From a virus, in IMG/VR virus record IMGVR_UViG_3300037704_000085, positions 1 through 64,000 of that record: DNA of 64,000 bases; one strand, 5' to 3'. The notes under the pieces were generated by a model, which saw only the letters and a list, made by a program, of their open reading frames with translations, was not told the DNA's origin and searched no databases. Of the stretch, positions 43,805 through 51,652 are shown one piece after another. The translations under genes were made by a program, and so were the position numbers. Position 1 is the first letter of the stretch, and each line of letters begins with the position of its first letter.

Positions 43805-46363
43805 ATGGACGACATCTACGCCAAAATTGAATCCGCTGCGCATTCCGGTGCGAACGGCCTGAACTCTCGGCCTGTGCCGACCGACGCGCAGAAGAAGGCC
43901 GGCAACTATGCCAAGGGCCGCGCCGCGTGGCAGGGCTTGACGCTGGTTATCGAGTGCCCGCGCAACAGCTACCGTAGCGGCACCGATCCGAACGGCAAGG
44001 CGTGGTCCTGCCGCATGGCGGCGCACTACGGCTACTTCGGCCAGAGCAAGGGCGCGGACGGCGACGCGGTGGATTGCTTCATCGGCCCGCTGCCGGAGTC
44101 CGACCGGGTGTTCGTGATCAACCAGAAAGACCCGGCCAGCGGACGTTTCGACGAAACCAAGGTGATGATCGGCTTTCCTGACGCCGAGACCGCCAAGCTG
44201 GCCTATCTGCATTCCTACGACCGGGGCTGGCGCGGGCTCGACTCCATGATTCCCTGCACGGTCGAACAACTCAAATGGTGGCTGAAGCACGGCAACCATC
44301 GCCGCCCTTTAACCGCTGAATCTTTGCCCTACGAAGGAACCGAGACAATGGATGCTGTGAAATGGAACGAGAACGCCGAGCCTGTCGGTACGACGCTGGC
44401 CCACCTGATCTACGGCTTGCGCCAGCACGACGACGGCCTGCTGTTCGATGCCGTTTCGGTCGCCGACATCCTTGAAGACTCGGACGGGGCGCTGCCGGAA
44501 GCGGCGCTTGATGCCCTGATCGCGCCGTATGCCAAGCTCGAACGCAAGATGACGCAACTCAAGGCGATTATGGGCCTTGCCGGCGATGCCGTGAAGCCCT
44601 TGGCACTGACCGTGACGCCGCCGTTCAAACAACGCGGCACAACCAACGTCGCCGCCGTGTTCGAACTCTCGGACGGCCAGACGGTGACGGTCTATTTCCA
44701 CAACCCGGACACGAACCCGAACAAGCTCGCGCCGGCCGACGAAATGATTTCGTGGAAGTGGCTGCTGAACAAGAAAGACATCACCATCATCGTTGCGCCG
44801 GAGCGCGGCGAAGACCTTAATCCGCGCGAAGTAGCACGCCGGATCATGCGCCTCGCCGAAAAGAACAGCGCCCGCTTTGCGCAGGCCAACACCAAGCGCG
44901 CCGAGCGGCTGGCGTCGATTGCGACACTCAAGGACGGCGTGGCGGCGAAAGAGGCCGAGTTGGGCAAGCTCGAAAAGGAAATCGAGGTTCTGGAATTTCA
45001 GGTCGAAGAGAAGCGGGCGACGAAGCCAGTTACCGTCAGCGGCCGGAGCAAGCAGTTCGAAGCCTACGCCAAGATGATCCGCGAAACGACGCGGCAAGAG
45101 GATTTGCCGGCGGGCCTCAAGCAGACCATCGAAGCCGACGCTGACCTGTTGCCGGGCGAGCCGGGCGATCTGATTGAAATGATCCGCAACGCATGGAAGC
45201 AGGACGAGCAACCCGCGTGGAAATCGGTTGATCCGACCACGGCCGAAGGCTATGCCGCAGTGGTCGCGGCCGGCGAAGAGGCGTTGCTTTACTGGCAAGA
45301 CACGCTCGACGCATTCTTTGGTGGGCGCATCGTGGATGTTCGCAACGCGCTGCGCGAACGTGGATGGACAGGCGAGCAGAACAGCGACCTTTACAAAGGC
45401 GATGCCATGTATCAGCCGAGGTTCAAACAGACTGGAGCCGGGGCGAACATCGTTGGCGTAACCAACACCGTCTACGGTATCGGAGCGGTGCCGTTTGAAT
45501 TAACCGACGATATGACCAAGACCGCCGCCGTAATTGCCGACGCTGTTGATGCGGCCGTGCCGAAATCTGCCGCCCCGGCCTATGATGCTGACGCAATCGG
45601 CCAGCAGCTTGCGGCCAGCGGCTGGGCGGCGAGCGCGACCGGCGGCTATCCGTACCAGAAGGCGGCAGAGGGCCGGCAGTTCATCGTGACCATCGGCACC
45701 TTCGAAGGCGAAACGATGCCGCGCGCCCACTTGCAGGAAATCAACGTCGGCGCGGCGCGGGTGACCGAGAATGTCAGTAGCTTCGAAGTTGCCGGCGTTC
45801 CTGCTGGCGACGTGGTGGCGGCTATCGAAGCGGCCTTGCCGAAGGTCGATCCCGCGATAGCCAAGGGGCAGATCGAGCAGCGCGTGGCGATGGAAGATCA
45901 CGCCGAGAAAGCCGCCCGCGAACTCGGCGGCACGCTGTCGGCGTGGGAACAGTCGGCAGCGAAGGAATGGCAATACGCGACCTTCACGCAGGGCGTGAAG
46001 ACGCTGCGCATCGGCGCTTCGACTGGCGGCGTGGTTTCGGTCGACGGCCATCCGTTCGATCCGGACAACCAGTTGATTTTGTCGCTCAAGCAGACCATCG
46101 CGGCGATGCAGGCGGCGCTCGACAAGCAACTGAGCGCCGAAGACCTCGCGCGCAACGAGCGCGAAAGCCTGCTGTCGGCCGACCGCGCGTTCATCCAGTC
46201 GGCGATTGACGGCAAGGCCGACTTCTACGACAAGGCGGTGACCGACCGGCTGGCCGAACTCGCCAAGACCTACCCGGACGGCGACATGGCCGACCTAATG
46301 AAGCAGGCCAAGACCGCCGCCAAGAACTTCTTCATGGCCGAGTTCAAGAAAAAGGCCGGCTGA
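43805..46363 (+). CDS. darA: DarA-like polyvalent head protein with N-terminal inorganic-pyrophosphatase-like domain
   Basis: GNYAKG...HYGY...GADGDAVD...FDETKVM (InPase-like); FELSDGQTVTVYFHNPD...LNKKDITIIVAPE (DarA_N); helical C-terminal module. Confidence 0.8.
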   Translation: MDDIYAKIESAAHSGANGLNSRPVPTDAQKKAGNYAKGRAAWQGLTLVIECPRNSYRSGTDPNGKAWSCRMAAHYGYFGQSKGADGDAVDCFIGPLPESDRVFVINQKDPASGRFDETKVMIGFPDAETAKLAYLHSYDRGWRGLDSMIPCTVEQLKWWLKHGNHRRPLTAESLPYEGTETMDAVKWNENAEPVGTTLAHLIYGLRQHDDGLLFDAVSVADILEDSDGALPEAALDALIAPYAKLERKMTQLKAIMGLAGDAVKPLALTVTPPFKQRGTTNVAAVFELSDGQTVTVYFHNPDTNPNKLAPADEMISWKWLLNKKDITIIVAPERGEDLNPREVARRIMRLAEKNSARFAQANTKRAERLASIATLKDGVAAKEAELGKLEKEIEVLEFQVEEKRATKPVTVSGRSKQFEAYAKMIRETTRQEDLPAGLKQTIEADADLLPGEPGDLIEMIRNAWKQDEQPAWKSVDPTTAEGYAAVVAAGEEALLYWQDTLDAFFGGRIVDVRNALRERGWTGEQNSDLYKGDAMYQPRFKQTGAGANIVGVTNTVYGIGAVPFELTDDMTKTAAVIADAVDAAVPKSAAPAYDADAIGQQLAASGWAASATGGYPYQKAAEGRQFIVTIGTFEGETMPRAHLQEINVGAARVTENVSSFEVAGVPAGDVVAAIEAALPKVDPAIAKGQIEQRVAMEDHAEKAARELGGTLSAWEQSAAKEWQYATFTQGVKTLRIGASTGGVVSVDGHPFDPDNQLILSLKQTIAAMQAALDKQLSAEDLARNERESLLSADRAFIQSAIDGKADFYDKAVTDRLAELAKTYPDGDMADLMKQAKTAAKNFFMAEFKKKAG

Positions 46364-48294
46364 TGCAAGCGGCCGGGGATGAATTTTTCGCGCTGATCGG
46401 CGAAGGCGCGGGGCTGCTGAAGGAGCTGGACGAAAACGACGCCGGCTTTTTCGACAGCCTGAACCGGCTGCGCGAAATCCTCGCCATGCTGGGTGATCCC
46501 GCGCCTGCGTTGGTCAAGCTGGATTTCAATCTGGCCGACAAGGACGCCTCACTGGTGGCACTGGCCGGCTACCTCGACGGGCCGCTGCAAAGCCTGCCGG
46601 CGGCGCTCCGTCCGTATGAGGCATCAACGGTGCACGATTTGACCGTGATCGTCGCAAGCAACAGCGACGGCCCGCTGATCAGCCAAAACGCGAACAGCCT
46701 GATCGACAAGACCACGGCCATGATCAGGGATATTGCGCAAAGCCCGGAGCGTCGCCATCAGCAACAACTCGACGCTTTTGAGGAAATCAAGTCGCGCGGC
46801 GTGGTGCATGGTCTTGACGTTGAAATGCTGAAAAACAACGTCGAAGAAAGCGGGAAGCTGCTTGCCCAGAGCCGCGACGACAACCCCGAATACAAAGCGG
46901 CGAATGACGAATATATCAGGCTGGTGAGCGAACACAGGGAAATGACCAGACGGTATAACCAGCTAATGGTTGATGCCGACAAGGCGGGGGATACAGCGGA
47001 AGGCGACCGGCTTGGTGCTGAGTATGTCGCGGCGCAAAAAGCATCAAGGGAAGCCCGAGAAAGGGCTTGGACTGCTGCCGCGAAGGCGAGCGCTGATTTC
47101 AACGACACCAAAGCCGCCAAACACGCGGCGCTTTTCTTGGCTGACGGTATCGAAATTATCAATGCCGTCATGGCGGCGTCGCCGATCAGCGAAGAACAGG
47201 CAACCGCATGGGCGAGCGAGCAGGTTATTGACGACAACGCCAAGGCCAAGCTGAAGCGGCTGGGCTACGCGCCGGCCGACGTGCTGCGCGACATGGCCGA
47301 GTTCTACCGGCTGTCCGGCGGAAAGTCGTCGGCGATCCGCATCGGCATCGACGGTGGCCGGCGCGCGAACGCCAGCGGGATATCGGCCCGGCTCAATGAA
47401 AAAATCATCAATCTGGGATCGCGGTTCAACAAGACCGTGCTGTTCCACGAACTCGCACACCATCTGGAAAACGACCCGATTGCCAAGGCGGCGTCGAACG
47501 GCTTCCTGCTGAAGCGGCGCGAGAGCGACAAGACCTACCGCCTGAAGGAATTGACCGGCAACGGCGGCTATGACCGCCGCGAGATTGCCTACAAGGACAG
47601 CTTCACCGATCCCTACGTCGGCAAGGTCTATACGGACGGCGTAACCGAAGTGTTTTCCATGGGCGTGCAATACCTCTCGACGCCCAAAGACGCCGCGATC
47701 TTCGCTGGCAAAGACCCGGAAATGTTCGCGCTGATCACCGGCTACCTGACGAGCCCGCTGACGCCGGCCATGGACGCCAAGCTGCATATGCACCGGGGCG
47801 CGATTGGCGCGCTGCAAGAGAAGCGGCAGGGCGAGGCCGACATGTACGACAAGGCCGTCGAACTGATGGCCGGCAAGGTGGAAATCGCCAAGGACAACTG
47901 GTATTCGACGCTCGACAAGGACAGCAGGTTCTACGACCTGCTGCTGGCCTACGTGTTGAGCAAGGAAAAGAAATCGAACCCGGAATACATCGGATCGGCC
48001 GGCGAGTTCAAGGTGTTCTCCGGCGTCTTCCGCAACCGGCAGAGCAAGCGCTACGGCAAGGGCTTCCTGATCGTCAAGAATGAACCATCCGAACAAGGCG
48101 TGACGGGCGGCTGGTCGATTCCCGAATATGAAACGGTCAATGGCGACCTCGACCAAGCCAAATTGATGATCGCGCTGGCCGGGCTAAATGGCGTCGGGCT
48201 CAACAAGGTCTATTACGACTATTTCATGAAGAGCAGTTGGGGCAATATCAAGCAGAAACTGATTGAAGCCGTGGGCGCGGAGAATCTGCAATGA
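46363..48294 (+). CDS. DdrB-like protein with zincin metallopeptidase motif
   Basis: VLFHELAHHLE...YVGKVY...TEVFSMG; downstream of darA. Confidence 0.7.
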   Translation: MQAAGDEFFALIGEGAGLLKELDENDAGFFDSLNRLREILAMLGDPAPALVKLDFNLADKDASLVALAGYLDGPLQSLPAALRPYEASTVHDLTVIVASNSDGPLISQNANSLIDKTTAMIRDIAQSPERRHQQQLDAFEEIKSRGVVHGLDVEMLKNNVEESGKLLAQSRDDNPEYKAANDEYIRLVSEHREMTRRYNQLMVDADKAGDTAEGDRLGAEYVAAQKASREARERAWTAAAKASADFNDTKAAKHAALFLADGIEIINAVMAASPISEEQATAWASEQVIDDNAKAKLKRLGYAPADVLRDMAEFYRLSGGKSSAIRIGIDGGRRANASGISARLNEKIINLGSRFNKTVLFHELAHHLENDPIAKAASNGFLLKRRESDKTYRLKELTGNGGYDRREIAYKDSFTDPYVGKVYTDGVTEVFSMGVQYLSTPKDAAIFAGKDPEMFALITGYLTSPLTPAMDAKLHMHRGAIGALQEKRQGEADMYDKAVELMAGKVEIAKDNWYSTLDKDSRFYDLLLAYVLSKEKKSNPEYIGSAGEFKVFSGVFRNRQSKRYGKGFLIVKNEPSEQGVTGGWSIPEYETVNGDLDQAKLMIALAGLNGVGLNKVYYDYFMKSSWGNIKQKLIEAVGAENLQ

Positions 48295-50564
48295 TCGAGA
48301 CGAGCTACCAAGTCATGACGCCGCACGGCGCATTCGAAGCGTCATGGGACGCGGCCGAAGATTCGCCCGTGCGCTACGCCGGGAGCCCGGACGGCATCGC
48401 TTTTTTCCGCGCCTGTCTCGACCTGCAAAGCCTGTCCGGGGCCGGCGGCGCGCTGCTGCAATTCGATGCGTTGGAACCCGCCGACCTTTACGGCTACTGC
48501 CAGTCCGTAAAATACGGCATCACCGTACAGCCGCTACGGGATGACCTGTTGGACGCTGCACAATCAAAGGACGAAGAAATGAGCCCAACGATGGATGCTG
48601 CCCCGGTCAGCGATTACAAGCCGTGCCCGGATTGTGGCGGCGACATGTTCAACTGGCCCATCGGACAAGATGGCTCCAATTTGCGATTCAGGGGCACGAT
48701 TCAGTGCCACAAATGCGGGAAGGAAATGAGCGGGATGGGATGGCGAAAAGAAACCGGCGCACTGGATGCAGTCGATGATTCACAGGCGTTCCTGCTGATC
48801 GGCGAGGGCGCGCAAGTGCTGTCGCGACTTAGCGAAGATGCTGACACGTTTTTTACCGACATCGGGCGGCTGCGCGAAATCATCGTGCTGCTGGGCGACG
48901 ACGCAGATCCGGCCGAAGAGGCGTTCGAGCATGTTGGCCTGCGGATTTATCCGACGACTTGGCGTTCCGGCGATCAGGTGAAAACCGGCTGGGGGGTTCA
49001 GAAGCCGGAGAACGTCGGCACCGAACGCACGTTCGGCGACAGTCTGATGGAGACCAAAGACGCCGCGATCAGGGAGGCCGAAAGCCTTGTCAATCGCGCC
49101 AAGCTCGATAAGGAATGGTCCGACAAGATGGCCGCAGACGAAGCCGCCGCGACCGCCGCGCGCAATGCTGTTATCGCCATGTTCGCCGACTTCGTTGCCG
49201 CCAAGGGCATGTCGCCGGCCAGCGCCGAGAAAGCGCGCCAAGTGCTGATGAAACGGGTCTTGGCGGACGGCAAGGAAATGACGCTCAAGGAACTGGTGGA
49301 GAAAGACGTGGCCGATGGCCGCACCATCGGCGAATACGAAGGAAAGCGAACGCTGGAACATTCGGACGGGCGTTTCCGCGAGGAAAAGAAGATCGGCAAG
49401 ATCGCGATGGATTACGCCGCGTGGCTGATCGGCAAGCGGCCGGTGGCGCAGGACAGTCCAGAGCCGAAGCCGGGCGACGCGGTTTATGTCGTCGGCGGAA
49501 AGTACAACGGCACGATTCGGACGCTGATCGAAAAGGTGCCGTTTGGCTTCAAGGTCTCGGACACGATTTCAGGCTACATTACCGTTCCGGGCGTCGAGTT
49601 CTATCGGTCCGGAGAGCCGGCCAAGCCGACTGCGCAAGACGGCGACGCCGCCATCAAATACCTGTCGCCGTTCCTGTCCGGGGCGCAGCGCCGCACCGTC
49701 AAGGACGCCATGAAGGGCGAGGAAGGCAACTGGTTCGTCGCCAAGATGATCGAACTCGCCGAGCGCATCAAGACCATGCCGAAGACCTACGATCAGGACG
49801 GCAAGGGCGATCAGGCGGTGGCCTACCTGCACTACTTCACGGGCGGCGCGGACTTCTGGATCACCGAAAAGGACAAGGCCGGCGACGGCACCGAACAGGC
49901 GTTCGGCCTTGCCAAAATCCATGAGGCCGAGTTGGGCTATATCAGCATCGCCGAAATCGTCAGTGCGGGCGCGGAACTCGATTTTCACTTCGAGCCGAAG
50001 ACGCTGGCGGTCTTGAATGGCGGCGACGCGCCGGAAGTCGATACCTACCTGCCGGAAGGCTGGACCGAAGCGACGCCGGGCGGCTTGGCGACCAACACCG
50101 ACAAGGAAGCCGGCGGCATTGTCGATCAGCGCATGGGCACGGGCGAATGGTTCTTGGTTGCCGAGAACGACGCCGCAGCGGCCTTGCTGAAAGACCGTGA
50201 TTTCGAGAGCCGGAGCGAAGCCTTCGCGGCGCTGCACGAAGCGATTGCGCAGGTTAAGGCGGCGGTTCCTGCCGATCCGGCACCGCAACCGGAGCCGCCG
50301 GCCCCGGAAAACACCCCGGCCATCGACCCGCCGGCCGCAGCCGATCCGAAACCCGCCGGGAACGCCGAAATGGACGCCGACAAAGCCTTTATGCAATCCG
50401 TGGTGGATCGCACGACCGACATGTACGCGCCGGAGCTTGCCGACCGGCTGGCCGCGATCCACGACAAGTATCAGGGCGATCCGGACATGGTTGCCGCCTT
50501 CAACGCCGCCGTCGATGCCTATTCGAACTACATGATCGAAGAAGCCAAGAAAGCGATGGGCTAA
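48291..50564 (+). CDS. Polyvalent protein: DdrA-like N-terminus, zinc ribbon, DUF2958-like domain, DarA-type C-terminus
   Basis: KPCPDCGG..CHKCG; YLHYF..FWITEKD..AFGL..ELGYISI.E..ELDFHF; C-terminus resembles that of 43805 ORF. Confidence 0.7.
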   Translation: MIETSYQVMTPHGAFEASWDAAEDSPVRYAGSPDGIAFFRACLDLQSLSGAGGALLQFDALEPADLYGYCQSVKYGITVQPLRDDLLDAAQSKDEEMSPTMDAAPVSDYKPCPDCGGDMFNWPIGQDGSNLRFRGTIQCHKCGKEMSGMGWRKETGALDAVDDSQAFLLIGEGAQVLSRLSEDADTFFTDIGRLREIIVLLGDDADPAEEAFEHVGLRIYPTTWRSGDQVKTGWGVQKPENVGTERTFGDSLMETKDAAIREAESLVNRAKLDKEWSDKMAADEAAATAARNAVIAMFADFVAAKGMSPASAEKARQVLMKRVLADGKEMTLKELVEKDVADGRTIGEYEGKRTLEHSDGRFREEKKIGKIAMDYAAWLIGKRPVAQDSPEPKPGDAVYVVGGKYNGTIRTLIEKVPFGFKVSDTISGYITVPGVEFYRSGEPAKPTAQDGDAAIKYLSPFLSGAQRRTVKDAMKGEEGNWFVAKMIELAERIKTMPKTYDQDGKGDQAVAYLHYFTGGADFWITEKDKAGDGTEQAFGLAKIHEAELGYISIAEIVSAGAELDFHFEPKTLAVLNGGDAPEVDTYLPEGWTEATPGGLATNTDKEAGGIVDQRMGTGEWFLVAENDAAAALLKDRDFESRSEAFAALHEAIAQVKAAVPADPAPQPEPPAPENTPAIDPPAAADPKPAGNAEMDADKAFMQSVVDRTTDMYAPELADRLAAIHDKYQGDPDMVAAFNAAVDAYSNYMIEEAKKAMG

Positions 50565-50827
50565 TGGGCGTCGGAAAAAACGTCATGATCGGGCTGGATC
50601 AAACGCTGAATTGCGTGATCCGGCTCGATGACGGCCGGGGCCGGCCGGACGAAATGCTTTCGGCGAGGGCGTGGCGTTTACGCGAGCGCCATCCGAAGCT
50701 GCGCCTGTGGATCGACCGGCTATTCTTCTGGGATGCCAACCACTGCGAAGAGTGCTACTGGATTGAGCGACGACGGCAGCAACTGCCGGCCGAGTATTCG
50801 GAACCGGAAAACCAAAGGACTTCATAG
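50564..50827 (+). CDS. Conserved small phage protein
   Basis: LDQTLN...PDEMLSARAWR...IDRLFF...HC..E..R..LP. Confidence 0.75.
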   Translation: MGVGKNVMIGLDQTLNCVIRLDDGRGRPDEMLSARAWRLRERHPKLRLWIDRLFFWDANHCEECYWIERRRQQLPAEYSEPENQRTS

Positions 50828-50846
50828 GGCTTAAATGCCCTATTAT
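50805..50846 (+). promoter_or_regulatory. Putative late promoter of fibre cassette
   Basis: CGGAAAAC 50805 and TATTAT 50841 (+36). Confidence 0.65.
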
Positions 50847-50853
50847 TTTGACG

Positions 50854-51621
50854 ATGGCCGAGCCGACAAAAAACCCCGCTGAACTCCTGAAAAACGCCGC
50901 TGCGATGCGCGAAACCGCGCTAGTTGCCGGCGTTGTTTCTGAGCTTGACAGCATCGCGTCGCGCACCGACTCCAAGCCGGAGTTTTTGCGCCGGGCCGGC
51001 GCGAAGCTGCTGATTGCCAAGGGCAAGGTCAGCGGCGCGGTTTTGGACGCCGCCGTGGGGCCGCTTGACGAGTTCTGGCAAGGGCGCAGCGATGCCCGCG
51101 CGAACCGCTTGCGCGTGATCGTGACGCCGTCGGAAGCCGTACCGAAACCCGTGGTTGATCCAGTGATTGACGCCGTGGCCGAAGCGCCGCCGGAGCCCGC
51201 GCCGGAGCCGGAGATTCGTTCCGGGGCGCGCATGATCCGAACGGCCTATCTCGACTTCATGATGGGCCTGCATACGCCGTTCGGCGACTACCGCTTGGCG
51301 CTCTACCCGGAAGCAATCGCCGATGCCGAAACCTACTTCAGCGTCGGAGAATGCGTCGGCGGCGGCTACCCAGTGGGCGGCGTGCCGCTGACTGGCTACC
51401 GGGCCAAGATGATCGGCCGCGAGGCGGTGCTGTCATTCGATGACGCCGTTATGAACAATGTCAGCGTCCGGGCGCGCAACGGCCTGCTTTACAACGCGAC
51501 GAACCAAAAGGCGATTGCCGTGATTGAGTTGGGCCGGGTGTTCGCCGTCGATGGCGGCGTGTTTGTGCTGAAGATGCCGGCCGATGGTCTGGTGGCGATT
51601 GGGGACCGTAACGATGCGTGA
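50854..51621 (+). CDS. Virion protein, possible fibre anchor
   Basis: Pro-rich linker, then YRLALY...GGGYPVGG..L...F.D...ARNGLLYN...AIAVIELG domain seen in phage fibre/decoration proteins. Confidence 0.55.
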   Translation: MAEPTKNPAELLKNAAAMRETALVAGVVSELDSIASRTDSKPEFLRRAGAKLLIAKGKVSGAVLDAAVGPLDEFWQGRSDARANRLRVIVTPSEAVPKPVVDPVIDAVAEAPPEPAPEPEIRSGARMIRTAYLDFMMGLHTPFGDYRLALYPEAIADAETYFSVGECVGGGYPVGGVPLTGYRAKMIGREAVLSFDDAVMNNVSVRARNGLLYNATNQKAIAVIELGRVFAVDGGVFVLKMPADGLVAIGDRNDA

Positions 51622-51652
51622 GAACGACCACTTGACGCTGGAGTACGTGTAA

